Positions 37,735 through 52,210 of a stretch of DNA of 64,000 bases are shown one piece after another. The notes beneath the pieces are model-generated. The model saw only the letters and a list, made by a program, of their open reading frames with translations, was not told where the DNA came from and ran no database searches. The stretch's first letter is position 1. Every line of letters starts with the position of its first letter. Both the position numbers and the translations under genes were made by a program. The DNA comes from Octopus sinensis (lineage: Eukaryota), in the NCBI RefSeq assembly GCF_006345805.1, contig NC_042997.1, positions 127,720,001 through 127,784,000 on the forward strand. The letters are read 5' to 3'.

Positions 37735-38650
37735 AGACACTTCTGCACTTCTGAAATCTAATGCCCCTGAACTCTGCTCCGACCTAGACCTCTATATTTA
37801 AGCGCTTATTAACACGTAAACCACACCCTATTTTTCTTTTGGCTACAAATCTTTCAGCCCTTATCATTGCTACCCAAGTTACTGAGTTATTCCCTCTCGA
37901 ATTTAAACATCTGTGCACAAGTAGATTTCACTTCCTTCGTTATTCACCTCCCTTACTTGGATATCAGCAACAAAGACTTACAATTAATCTTACCAAATGT
38001 TTCCTTCTTCTACTCCTCCAAATTTTCATCTACCTCCTCTTCTTATTTATTCATTGCCCACAAGGGTTTAAATATAAAGGGGACAGGCAAGGACAGACAA
38101 AGGGATTAAGTCGATTACATCGACCCCCAGTGCATAACTGGCACTTAATTTATCGACCTCGAAGGGATGAAAGGCAAAGTCGACCTCGACAGAATTTCAA
38201 CTCAGAACGTAAAGACAGACGAAATGCTTATTTCTTTACTGCCCACAAGGGGCTAAACACAGCGGGGACAAACAAGGACAGAGAAACGGGTTAAGTCGAT
38301 TACATCGACCCCAGTGCGTAACTGGTACTTATTTAATCGACCATGAAAGGATGAAAGGCAAAGTCGACCTCGGCGGAATTTGAACTCAGAACGTAACGGC
38401 AGACGAAATACCGCTAAGCATTTCACCCGGCGTGCTATCGATTCTGCCAGGTTTACCTCCTCTTCTGCTCTCCGTACTCCTCGATCCATCAAAAATTCAT
38501 CCACCCTGTCCCCTCATTCTCCACACATTAACTACACTAATTAATGAATTACCTGCTCTTAATCTCTTGAACCCGCGATTGCACTTTAGCCGGCATGATT
38601 TCGTTTGACAAATACCCCTGCAAAAGCGAACGGCCACTGACCCACTAATT
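36965..38650. repeat. Diverged ~85-bp inverted pair (36965-37050 / 38560-38650)
   Basis: gcttttgcagg...gaaatc...gctaaagtg...tcgc(a/g)ggtt shared on opposite strands. Confidence 0.6.
38045..38455 (-). mobile_element. Composite SINE family A
   Basis: Two family cores. Confidence 0.85.
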
Positions 38651-38989
38651 AGCGAAGACATCGATATTTTCAACCGTAATCACAAAGCCATGAGGCTGTC
38701 CAGTCCTTCGTCACCAAAATGTCAGCACACTAGATTTCTCTCCATTCTTTTTTTTTTTTCTTTTGGCAGCTATCTGCATGCAACTGTTCAAGATGAACGT
38801 CAACTGCGACAATCTCAGGAACCACGGAAAGATTGTGAATGTCATGGACACAACTCTTTATTCCGCACAAAACCGATCAATAAACAAATAAATAACAATA
38901 ATTTAATTTCGATTAGATTTCGGGTATTTTCGTTATTATTAATTAGTTTAAAACAAAAACCATTATTACATTATTAATTAATTAGTTTA

Positions 38990-39960
38990 AGACGGCGAGC
39001 TGACACAACTGTTAGAGCGTCAAAAAAAAAAACGCTCAACGGTATTATGCTTGTTCCGGCTCTTTACATTATGAGTTCAAATCCCTCTGGGCTCAATTTT
39101 ACCCTTTCATCCTGTTAGGTTTAATAAAATAAAGTACCTGTCAAGTACCGAAGTCGATAGCATCGCCTAAGTTTCTCCTCTTCAAAATTACTGGTCGTGC
39201 ACATTAGTTTAAAGAAGAAACCTTTACTATTAGCTAAACCCCCTATTAATTAGCATAAGGTGACGGCGAGCTGGTGGGATCGTTAGAGCGTCGAGGAAAA
39301 TGCTTTGCAGTATTTGCTTCAGCCCTACATTTTGAGTTCAAATCCACCCGAAGTCAACTCTATATTTCATACTTTCGGAGTCAATAACACAATATCAAGT
39401 ACTGGGATTACTGGTATCAGCTTATCACCTCCAACGACGTCACCTCGATATCGCTGGTTTTACTCCTAGATTAGAAAACATTATTAATTAATTATAAAAA
39501 GTTTGTTAAAAACAATGATTATTAGAAATAATAATTATTTTTTAAAATGAATTGTTAGAATCAATTAATTAGTTAGGAGACAGGGGAAATGTTAGAATCG
39601 GTGGTGGTGGCGGAGTGATTAGTGGAGAGTCGGACAAACTATCTTGTGATATTTAATCACATGTCCATTTATTTTCTGAGTTCAAAATGTACTGAGGGCG
39701 ATTTTGCACTTGTGTTCTTCCTTCCAAGATTGATAAGAGATTGAAACAGTGAGTGTGGTTGATGTCCTACTTGAACACCTACAGCTTACTGACGATATTT
39801 TTTTCTGGCTTTTTATTATCTCAGTTCAAACCCCACTGAGGTCAGCTATGTCCTTCATCTCTCTGGGATTGATAAAATAAAGTACCAGTTATCGACTAAC
39901 CTTCCTGAAACAAACAAAATAAATGCTGGTCTCCTGCTTAAATCAGAAACAATTGCTAAT
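38990..39960 (+). mobile_element. Cluster of four old SINE family A copies
   Basis: Repeated gacggcgagctg...gagttcaaat...aataaagtacc blocks, strongly diverged. Confidence 0.6.
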
Positions 39961-41679
39961 AACTCACGTCTTGATATTTTAGTAATTAATGTCAGTTCAT
40001 TAACCTTGTATTATTAGGTAAATGATTTACGTCAATCATAAGTTTTGTTTACCGTTTAATAAGTAATCTTTCGTGGCTACAGCGGTTTCGGAGGAAAGAG
40101 CGACTGAATTTTCATTAATTGATAAATATTAATTAAGCCTTTAAACCTGATCTTCAACCCAAGCAGCTGAAAAAGGCTCTCATGGGTTTAATTTCACAAC
40201 AGATATTTGTCCGTATATTTTTTGTATTAAGAAAGGAAATAGTATAGTATGTACGCGCACCACCATCGCTCCCTCTCTCTTTCTTCTTTCCCTCCTCTCT
40301 CTCGTTCCCTCCTCTATCTCCTTCCCTCTCCTTCCCTCTCTCCCTCTTCTTTCCCCTATCTCTCTGCTTCTCTCTCTCCCCTAAAATATATTGGACATGA
40401 AAATCTATTGGTCTGCATGAGATTACATTGGGCGCAAATACATAGTGTCCCAATAACATGAGATAGACACCAAACACATTTTGGATAGGTAGGGTGTTGG
40501 TCAATGTGGGGCCAATTCTGCTCAAACACTAAATACATCTGCTACAGCCAGAGGCAGGACACACAAACACATTCATAGAAAACCTTTTTTAACCACTAGG
40601 ATGGGTAATTTATGCTATAGACTACCCTAGTAATTTCTAGAAGTGGGTTCTATGAAAGCTTTGTAAAGCGAAACGTTAGTGTCTATCGAATAAATTTTAA
40701 CAGAAATCCCTGATGAAGTACGTCTGTCTAATTTAATCAATCGACAAACGGAAAATTAAATAATTCAAACGCCGGAGTATATTTAGTGTATCAACAACAA
40801 CTTTATTTCATTTTCAAATAAAATATAAAAAGATTTCCAGTTTGCGTATCAACACATTCATATTACAACAGCTGTAAATAAAATTTCTTTGCAAAGACAG
40901 ATCTGACATGTTATCTGAAATTTAACATTTACTGGATGGAAAATAAGAGAAATTCTCTGATCAAGTCACTTTAAGGAAAATATTGGAATATAAACTAGTG
41001 ATGAAAGGTCACACAACATATTGTATTTCAATTCAGTATATTGGGTAGCTAATTATAAAACTGAAATCAGTATTTACATCCAATAAGAGGTTAATTAAAC
41101 TTAGTTAAGTTTCTTGAGAAGACATAAATTAGCAATTGTGATCGATCTTTGACTGCAGATGATAGATAGAAAACAAAAACAAAAAATAAGTGATATTATT
41201 TCAAAGTTGGCAAATTATAGTCTACAAGCAGGTCGATGGTGAGTATTTGATCAAATAGATTTTGATTATAGTTTCTCCTACGCTACACCTTATATATATG
41301 TGTGTCTCTCCTCTTCACCATCTCCTCATAATTTTTCTTCTTCTTCACCTTCCTAACCTATCTCCTAATACACACACACAAACACGAACGCACAAGTACG
41401 CGTGCTAATGCCACAAATACATGCATACATACACACACAGACACACACACACATATATATATATACAGAGAGGAAGTGAGGCGAGGGAGAAAGAGGGAAA
41501 CAAGAAAAGATGAAATTAAATAAAAAGAAATGGAATGGTCAAAAAAATCTATGTATATGTATATATATGTCTATATTATATATGCTTATATGTGTAAACA
41601 GGTCTATTTCACTTTCTCTACCCCGTCCCTTATATATATATTAACATATAAAGCTGATAGATATCAAATATATACATAC

Positions 41680-41793
<114 letters not shown>

Positions 41794-41801
41794 TGTAAGT
41801 A

Positions 41802-41834
<33 letters not shown>

Positions 41835-42005
41835 ATTATATATATATATATATAATATATATGAAATTATATATATATATATGATATATATGCATATACG
41901 ATATATATATATCAAATATATAAAATTATATGATATGTATTCATATACGTATATATATATACACACACATATATATATATATATATATACTCCACACACA
42001 CACGC

Positions 42006-42056
<51 letters not shown>

Positions 42057-42057
42057 C

Positions 42058-42093
<36 letters not shown>

Positions 42094-42521
42094 ACCAGCA
42101 CATACATAACCATGAGTTATGTTAGCACAGCGGGAATAAATGTATGCTTATTAAACGAACGCGTGTAAAATTTTCAGCAGCTTATCCATAAACATCGTGT
42201 ATGTATATATATGTTTGTATATGGGAAAATAAAGTGAGAGAGAGAATGAGGGAGGGAGAGAGAGAGAGGGAGAGAGAGCAAGCGAGCGAGAGAACGAGAA
42301 AGAGAGTGAGAGAAAGGGGTGGGGCACTGGTGTGAAGAGTCAATAAATACTGAAGTACTACCAATATATTCCAAGACGAAATCGAACGAAGAAATTTCAT
42401 TATTGCCAAAATGCCGCATTTCTATCCTGAATGTGCCCTATCACCAAGCTGTGTCTATAATCAGCAGTTTTAGAACCCAGCTGACGTTGCTATTTTGATA
42501 TATATATAGATACACACACCA

Positions 42522-42589
<68 letters not shown>

Positions 42590-42627
42590 TATATATATAT
42601 ATAAACATATATATATATATACATATA

Positions 42628-42663
<36 letters not shown>

Positions 42664-42749
42664 TTTATATATTATATATGTAAATGTATGTATATACATG
42701 TATCTATATACATATATATGTGTGTACATTCATCTATATATATATGCAT

Positions 42750-43150
42750 TATACTCTTTACTCTTACTCTTACTTTACTTGTTTCAGTCATTTGACTGCG
42801 GCCATGCTGGAGCACCGCCTTTAATCGAGCAAAATCGACCCCAGTACTTATTCTTTTGTAAGCCCAGTACTTATTTTATCGGTCTCTTTTGCCGAACCGC
42901 TAAGTAACGGGGACATAAACAACCAGCATCGGTTGTCAAACAATGCTAGGGGGACAAACACAGACACACAAACACATACACACAATATATATATACATAT
43001 ATACGACAGGCTTCTTTCAGTTTCCGTCTACCAATCCATCACAAGGCTTTGGTCGGCCCGAGGCTATAGTAGAAGACACTTACCCAAGGTGCCACGCAGT
43101 GGGATGAACCCGGAACCATGTGGTTGGTAAAAAAGCTACTTACCACACAG
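42750..43150 (-). mobile_element. SINE family B
   Basis: Full body with CpGs retained. Confidence 0.85.
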
Positions 43151-43639
43151 CATATATTATATATATATATATTATATAAATAATATATATACGTTCATAT
43201 GTGTGCGTATGCGTCTACATGTAATGCGTGTGTGTGTATACGTGCACATGTACATACATACCCACATGCACACACATACATATATTTGCATATGTACATA
43301 TATATATATATATAAATATATATACACGTGCGCGCGCACACACTTACACACACTCGTACACATGTATGTATGTATGTATGTATGTATGTACGTATGTATG
43401 TATACATGTATGTATAACATTATCACCTCCAAATAACCCTCAGCTTATTGTGCACGAATAAATACATATATGTTTTTAAATTTCAATCACTTCTGTTTAT
43501 TTTCCCTTACTATGAAGTCCTCCCTTCAGTTCACTCTATTGACTTTTTTTCTATAATTAATGTTCAACATAAACTAAAATTAAAGCTAGGTAAAGATTTA
43601 AAAGAGGAAATTACGTAAACACTGGCGTATTTCAAGTAA

Positions 43640-43974
43640 CCAATCAAACTCTCGAGAAACTGACGGACAGCCATATTTGACGGCTGAACAGCTAGCTCTC
43701 TGTTCAATAACTTATCTTCTCGCAGCCATGTTGCTTGAGTATAACCACTATTTATCTAATTTGTACACGAGCCAAAACTCTATCAAAACATCATATTTCT
43801 ATTTCCAAGTAAACTAAATCAATAACTAGTTCGATAAAGAACTTGTGAGGTCATGTCGACTTTCAATAAGCGGCACATGTTGGAAACGACCCGACTCTCT
43901 CAGAAGACAAGTTCTTCAGTGGAATCGCTCCTCGCGTAAACGAGCAGACGAGAATGCAGATTGGGTGGAAACGG
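43640..43974 (+). promoter_or_regulatory. Possible promoter/first-exon region
   Basis: Non-repetitive, CpG-retaining; YY1-like GCCATATTT and GCCATGTT; donor-like CGG|GTAAGG at ~43975. Confidence 0.2.
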
Positions 43975-44435
43975 GTAAGGAGTAGTTGTTAATCGTTGCT
44001 AAGGAGATAAATCTGAAATAGTTTAAGAAGGCTTATATAGGCTTTGGTATTGTATATACATTAGTAGACGTGAACCGACATGTATTAACTTGCAATGATA
44101 AGAAACAAAACAAGTTAGTAAGTCAACAACTGGACTCAGGGAATTGCTGCAATAAATAAAACATCAACTGTTATTTAAATACAACTATCAATGGCTATTA
44201 GTCTCCAAATATGTACATGCAAGTTTGAGTGAATGAGTAAGAGAGAAAGAGTGGGAAAAAAGGGAGAGAGTGGGGAGAAAGGAAATCAGGAGATCAGAAT
44301 GACGAAAGCCGTTAAATGAATTGACGGTTCCGTTTCAAATCTCAGTTGGGAGAGATTCTTTTCATTTGTGCCTCAAATAAACTTACCGCACCTTTGCCGA
44401 TAGTTATATTCGATCAGCCTGTTTCACTAATATCG

Positions 44436-44496
<61 letters not shown>

Positions 44497-44562
44497 ATTA
44501 TATAATATATTATATATATATTATTAATAATATATATATAATATATATATATATTATATATA

Positions 44563-44602
<40 letters not shown>

Positions 44603-44644
44603 ACATATATAATACACATATATACATATATATATATAATATAA

Positions 44645-44683
<39 letters not shown>

Positions 44684-44914
44684 ATATATATATATATACA
44701 GATACACATACATACACACATATATAGGGAAAAATAAGTTCAAAAGAGAACAATTCAAACTTTTGAGAGGTCCAAAAAGAGAGAAAGAATGATTTCTAAT
44801 AAAGATTCATCGTATTCATAGAAAAAAAACAGCCAGAGCAAGTAATAAGAATATGAAAACAGAAGTTGAAAAATATCGTTATAGGTATAAACAATTATAG
44901 ACAACTACACACAA

Positions 44915-44955
<41 letters not shown>

Positions 44956-45014
44956 CATACATACATACATACATACATAAATACATACATACATACATAC
45001 ATATGTATATAGTT

Positions 45015-45257
45015 GTATTTCGGGATGGTCATCATTGTTTTTGCCAAATAAACACACGCACTATATATTCGTTCTTCACTCGTTTATTACTGTTCTTATT
45101 TTTTTAAACTCATGTCCATTGTCCGTAAATCTGTTGTCACACATCTGTGACCGCTTCAGCGACTCTTTCTGTCCTCGTGTGTGCTCATGCTCCGCTTAGT
45201 CCATTCTTAAGAACAGAATGGACTAAAATAAACAAACAAATGACCAGCCTGAAATAC
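45015..45257. mobile_element. MITE with 18-bp TIR
   Basis: gtatttcgggatggtcat / atgaccagcctgaaatac. Confidence 0.65.
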
Positions 45258-45345
45258 AGCAATATCTGTTTCAACACACGGTTTTACATCGGGAATCTTG
45301 CAACACAAATTCATAAACATGTGTGTGTGTGTGTGTGTATTTATG

Positions 45346-45439
<94 letters not shown>

Positions 45440-45446
45440 TATTAAG

Positions 45447-45549
45447 CAAGAATATTATTGACAGTGACTTCGAAGTTTCGACCAATTAAGCCGTCGTCAA
45501 CGATGGCTGAACTGGCCGAAACTTCGAAGTCATTGCCAATATATTCTTG
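45447..45549. ncRNA. 103-nt hairpin built from two inverted hammerhead halves
   Basis: ~50-bp stem, tcaa loop; each arm has GAAA-CTTCGAAG-TC (palindromic helix III, GUC triplet); minus strand has ttgacga core-like sequence. Confidence 0.5.
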
Positions 45550-45659
45550 TTCAAGAAAGATAAATATGTCCTTTGCAAAAGTATAGAGCAACCCATCAAA
45601 TTGACGTAAAATTGTTTTTATTATAACTGAACATAAAAAAAAGACATTTATACCTATAA

Positions 45660-46193
<534 letters not shown>

Positions 46194-47521
46194 GTATATT
46201 ATATTATACAAATTAACTAGGCCTCTGGAGAAAAAGTTGAACAATTGTCGTGCTGATGAACCCTATTGTTGACGGCTTTTCTCCTATCTCTTGACAAGCC
46301 TTCTTTTTTTTTCGTTAATGGCTTGTCATATTTGGAGGATTCTTTACTCTGGTGATTATCTCCTCTTCTCAAGTAGAGCTGGTCTTTAATTACCATTTGA
46401 CAATTATGATACATTCTCTAGAGTCGAAGATAGTTTTAACAAATCAAGAATATATGTTGTGTAATATTTAATATGCTTATATTGCTGTATGTTCTTCGAA
46501 TACATGTTACAGGCTACTTTTAATTATTTTCTTTAGCTCACTTTTGTTTATATAAGGGAGGGTATCCAAAAGTAAACGAAAATGTTCCTTGTGGGACAAA
46601 CACGTTGTTTTTCAGGCTTTTATGCCGTTTTACTACCTGTATAAATTACTTATGTTAACCTTGGGCTTACATATGCAAGCATATTATGCTCATAGGATAC
46701 AGGCAATAACAAAGATAAATAAGAGTTTATCAGGAATCAAATTTAAATTAAGCAGAACATGGAGGAACCATGATCAACAACAAGTGACTACCATCGATTA
46801 TTATTTTTTAATACAAAACTTTATCCCATCTAGCAGCTGTTTCTGCCCCCAATGTCCCACAGTGTTTTCAAAGAAAATTCTGAGAATAATATTCGTCATA
46901 TTTTGTAAAACATCCGATCTGGAACATGGAGCTTCATCATAATGAAGAAAAATACATAAAATAAAAGAAAAGAAAAGAAGAACCTCGCGTGGAGGAATGT
47001 TGGCTTACTATATTTAAATCATAGCATTTTGCAGTGTAACGCTTCAGGCCGTTGAGCAAATGGCTAAACTAGAAAATTATATTCATGCACATGCGTATAC
47101 ACAAACAACACACGCACCCCCCACATAAACACACTCTCCACACACATACTCATACATACATAGATGCATACATACATACATACATACATACATACATACA
47201 TACATACATACATACATACATACATACATACATACATACGTACGTACATACACACACACATACACACATATATATATATATATATATAACAAAGCACCGA
47301 AATGTTTACTCACTAATATCTGAGGTTTATTCTTAGCTAATTTCTTATCGGGTTTACCCAAAATTCCATTGACTTTTTCACCTCCATTTGTTCTGTGACA
47401 TATTCGCATTTTCTTAGCCACTATTTACAATGATACCCGATTACAATGATACTGGTAAGGAGACATTTTGTTAGCTTAGAATTTAGAAGTAAGTACATTT
47501 GAGACACTGACTTCAAATATA

Positions 47522-49106
47522 CAGTTGCGGCCAAAATGTTCAGAACTGCATTGTAGGTATAAGTTTTTATCAAAGTTTTTTTTATATTCTATAATTTTCA
47601 CAGACAATAAATACGATATTAATTATTATTGTGTGAGATTTTAGTGTTATTTGAGAGGATAATACAAAAGTTATGGATGATTTAGTGATTTACTGCAAAA
47701 CCCATGGCGGCCAAAATGATCAGAACGGTTGAAAAAATAACAAAATAATCAAAAATGACAGAGAATACTGGAATTATTTCATATTTAGTGTGAAGCCCTT
47801 TAGCTTCAATCACACTTTGACATCTTCGACTGCATGAGGAAATTAAATTTTCAATTTCTTGCTAGGTGATCTTATTCCATTCTTCCCGAAGGGCATTCCA
47901 TAATTGCTCGGTTGTTTTAGGATTTCTGGCTTTCGAACGTTCTCCTAGAATATTCCAGACATTTTCAATAGGATTGAGATCTGGGCTTTGAGCAACAATA
48001 ATCTTTTCAGCCTTGAGAAAGTTCATGACCACCTTAGCCTTGTGACATGGGGCATTGTCCTGCATGAATATGGGTGGTCGCTTAGTTGAATTTCTCAGCA
48101 CAGGCAAGACATGATCTTTAACAAGTTGTTTATAAACTCCTGCATTTACCTTTCCATGTAATCGCACCAAAGGGCCCACACCATCTCCAGATATCATCCC
48201 CCAAACCATGACACTTCCTCCACCGAATTTAAAACTTGTCTTAAGGCATTTAGGCGACAATTTTCACCTACTTTTCCTATCTGAGCCAAATAACATAAAC
48301 TTAGATTCATCACAGAAATGCACCGTTTGCCATTTTTCATGAGACCACAACACATGTTCGGTTGCAAAGGTAAGACGATACTTTTTATTCTTGGAGCTGA
48401 TCAGTGGCTTCACTGCAGGTGCTCTTGCTTGTAGGTCATATTCAACTAAACGACGAGACACAGTTTTTCGAAATAAAGTTTTCTTCAGTACAATGCTCAT
48501 TTCCCGAGAAACAGCAGCAGCAGTTTTAAATCTGTCCTTTTTAACCAACTTTACTATAGCACGATCTTCTCTCTTGGTCGTTTTTCTTGGCCTACCTGTA
48601 GACTGTCTTGCTTCACACGAACCACAATCATCGTAAACCTTAAGAACACAGTGAACAACACTTTTTGACTGGTTAACAATCTTTGCAATAGACCCAATAC
48701 TTAAATTATCCTTCTTTCGAAGCTTAATAATCTGCTGACGAATTGGTAACGGAGTAAGTGGCATTATATTAACAAAGTACACTGCAGATATTATTACTAA
48801 TGTTTAGTAAACAAACCGTCAGGTAAACAAATTCAAAACATTTGAGTTCACCGGTTAAATATACTAAAACACGGAGTAAAAGCAACCGTTCTGATCATTT
48901 TGGCCGCCATTGGTTTTGTAGTAAATCACTAAATCATCCATAACTTTTGTATTATCGACTCAAATTACACCAAAATCACGGACAATAACAATTAATATTG
49001 TATTTATTGTCTGTGAAAATTATAGAAACTAAAACAACTTTGATAAAAACGTATATCTACTTTTCTGACAAAAACAATGCCGTTCTGAACATTTTGGCCG
49101 CAACTG
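47522..49106 (-). mobile_element. Full-length (1585 bp) Tc1-family transposon with IR/DR termini
   Basis: TA TSD; perfect 25-bp outer IR cagttgcggccaaaatgttcagaac; inner DRs at 47706-47730 and 48884-48908; ~210-bp arms. Confidence 0.95.
47780..48764 (-). pseudogene. Tc1 DDE transposase pseudogene
   Basis: HTH, GRPRK, CDESKF, GGGSVMVWG, QDNAPCH, SPDLNPIENVW; stops at 48264 and 47862; only 30 residues between second D and E, indicating a short deletion. Confidence 0.92.
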
Positions 49107-49584
49107 TATAATCAATTTACTTTATCACCTCTAGTTTTGGATAATCAGTAAACCCGTTTATATGCTGACGTATCCACTCGTGCGCTGAATTAAGGACACC
49201 AGTTACACCTTAAATTGTGGTGTATAAGAAGTTCAACTTATGTCATAAATATTTAGGGCAATGGTTCCAAAATAGCGTTGATTTTGATGTCCCTCCTCTA
49301 ATTAATTAATGATCAAAGAGACCTAGTGTAGAGAGGTCATCCTATTTGTGGAGTCGCAAATGGCGACGAGAGGACTTTGATAAACCTAGCTAATTGATTG
49401 ATTGAACGAACAATTAATTAGACAATAGATTAGGTAATTGGTTAATTGGTTAACCAATTAAGAAATAAAAATACAGTGAAATACAACCAATGAGAGTGTT
49501 TACTATTTGCATAGTGATCTTCTCCAGATACAACAAAGCAATATTAATTCTATCAGAATATTACATTTCATTACAGTTGGAGAA

Positions 49585-49760
49585 ATATTTAACGGAACTT
49601 CGTCCGTCTTCACGTTGTGAGTTCAAATTTCGCGGAGGCTGACTTTGCCTTTCATCCTTTCAGGGTCGATAAAATAAATACCAGTTGAGTACTGGAGTGT
49701 ATGTAATCGGCTTACAGCGTTCCCCGAAATTGCTGGCCTTGTGCCAACATTTTAAATCAA
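49585..49760 (+). mobile_element. SINE family A
   Basis: Family core and tail. Confidence 0.75.
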
Positions 49761-49997
49761 TATCATATTTTATTAAAACAACCAAATATTACTGGAGTTT
49801 GGGTACTTATGCAGTAATTTCCCTGAATTGATAACTGGAAAGCTTAAAGCAGGGATTTTTTAAATTCTAATCTCCAAAGAAAAGAAGTTTCCTTCCCTAA
49901 ATTCAGTAGGTAGCACTGAGATCTGAGCAAGGTCTTGTGAGGGTTCTAGATATCAAAAACCTTAATAATCATTAGACAACTTATCCAAATTTGCCAT

Positions 49998-50305
49998 CAA
50001 AATGTAGGACAAGATACTGCAATAGCCTGGTCCACAGCTCTTCAATATCCCCCCGAAGGACCTGAGAGACCTGCATGGGGTGGATGTAGGTGTCTTCAAA
50101 ATAAAGCTGGACCTCTTCCTGTCAGGTGTCCCAGATGAATCAACTTCGCGGCAGAAGGTGCAGATGAGGGTAGCTGCATCAAACTCTCTCATGCACCAAA
50201 TGTCAATTGCTAAAAAGCATTAGTGAAGTAAGATTATGTAGCAACACCAAATGGCGGTGCCCCAGCATGGCCACAGCTCGTGAGCTGAAACTAGATAAAA
50301 TAAAA
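49998..50305 (+). mobile_element. CR1/L2-group LINE 3' fragment, same family as 26515
   Basis: KLDLFLSGVPDE...RVAASNSL; tail ggcggtgccccagcatggccacagc...ctgaaac. Confidence 0.8.
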
Positions 50306-50749
50306 TTAGTAGCAGACATGCTCAACAATTTTAATAAGTTTGGCTGTAATATGACATTAGGGTTTATTATTACCAAAGTCATTGAGAAAGCTTTCCAGAA
50401 AATCTTGGCGAATTAAGCGAAGACCAAAGAGCATAGAAATATATCAGATTATATATATATATATAATGAAAGACAGATGCCAGAGAAAGAGGGATACACA
50501 CACACGATGGTAGACTACTGTAAGGATGTTCGACGGGACTCCTCAATTAAGTCTCATTCTCGAAAGTCGTATAAAAGAAGCTTCTTTGTTTTGAAAGACT
50601 GATCGTTTTATATATATATTTTAGCACAATTTTATGATAGATTTTAATACAGAGCTCCCAAATTTTATGATTGACCAAATTGATTTAGTAATACGTGACA
50701 TAAATATTATTATAGGAGATTACTATAAGCGGCGTGTTGACAGAATGAT

Positions 50750-50930
50750 TAACAAAACGTTTAGCGGCATTTCGTCTGTTTTTTATGTTTTGAGTTCAAA
50801 TTCCGCCGAGGTCGACTTTGCCTTTTATACTTTCGGGGTCAATAAAATAAGTACCAGTTGTACACTGGAGTGGATTTAATCGACTTAGTCCCTCCCTTAA
50901 CATTACTGGCCTTGTGCCAAAATAGGAAAC
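50750..50930 (+). mobile_element. SINE family A
   Basis: Family core and tail. Confidence 0.8.
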
Positions 50931-51880
50931 CGATATAAGAATTTATAAGGTCAAAATTGATGCTCTTTTGGGAGTCAGTACGCTAAATGTACCCCCAAAA
51001 TAGTTTTAAATTCTAAGGCACCAAAATCTAAGATGAAACTTGATGTCCCTAACTTTAGTACATAGTTGGATACGTCAGTAATAAAAGTAATATGTTGCAT
51101 TTGCAAAACTAGAGGTGATGGAGAAAAACTCGTGCTATATTTGGAATATTTCAAATATACTCAAGGGCAGGTCAAACTCCTAGGAAAGAGAATCTGTTTG
51201 TTAGCCGGTACTATATGTACATAATTAATATAGTAATCGTCTATTTTGATACCAAAATAATGTCCAAATTAATGTTATTAATATATTATCTGCTGTTAAG
51301 ATACATATTACAAAATCAATTCATTTTATCACTAATATATGTATGGGTCTAATATGTTTGTATTTGTGTGTGCGTGTGTGTCTGTCTGTGTGTCTCTGTG
51401 TGTTTGTGTGTGTCTGTGTGTTTGTGTGTGTCTGTGTGTGTGTGTGAGTAATAGACCATATATTCACTTAGATACAAACTTCTACAACGCTATTACATAA
51501 TACTAAATTAGACAATGACAAGTACACGCATAAATGCAGACACACACGTTCGGACGTCCGTACGCACATACACACATGTATACATTCACACATACATACA
51601 CGCATACATACATTCACACATACATTCATACATGCATACATACATACATACATACATACATACATACATACATACATACATACATACATACGTAACACAC
51701 TGCCTTTAGATTTTGGTGCCTTAGAATTTAAAACTATTTTGGGGTACATTTAGGGTACTGACTCCCAAAAGAGCACCAGTTTTCACCTTGTAATTTCTGA
51801 TTAATCAGGAATCTCTTATATCGGTTTCTTATTTTGGCACAAGGCCAGTAATGTTAAGGGAGGGACTAAGTCGATTATAC
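50877..51880. repeat. Inverted local duplication (50877-51035 / 51705-51880)
   Basis: Includes the SINE tail plus ~100 bp of unique flank. Confidence 0.85.
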
Positions 51881-52210
51881 AGATTTTGAGAAGTTAGGCT
51901 TCTCAAAACCAGAAAGAAGAAAGCTAATTCGAAGATTACAAATCCAATCCATCACTGGAACTGTAAAACTCCGTAAAACTTCCCAGAAGTTTATCATTTA
52001 AATATATATGAGCATGTCTAGATATGCAACTATATGCATGAGACTACGTAGATGAAGCAAAACATACAAATCTGCACATATACATACATACATACATACA
52101 TACAAAAATACCTTGTTGTTGATGTTGAAATTCCAAAGAAGGAGCCTTGGATTTAGGTTAGAAACCGGTTCTTTCTCTATTGGCAAGAAATCGTGAAATA
52201 TAACTGAATA
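51690..52210 (+). mobile_element. RLE-type LINE 3' end, copy 2, interrupted by the inverted templated segment
   Basis: gtaacacactgcct | insert | atacagattttgagaagttaggcttctcaaaacc matches the 45690 copy. Confidence 0.7.

Noticed and set aside
40640-40725. Hammerhead-like CTATGA-gcttt/aaagc-GAAACGTT and a nearby CTGATGA
   Set aside because: G5 is missing, there is no helix I pairing, and the second core has no matching GAAA/helix.
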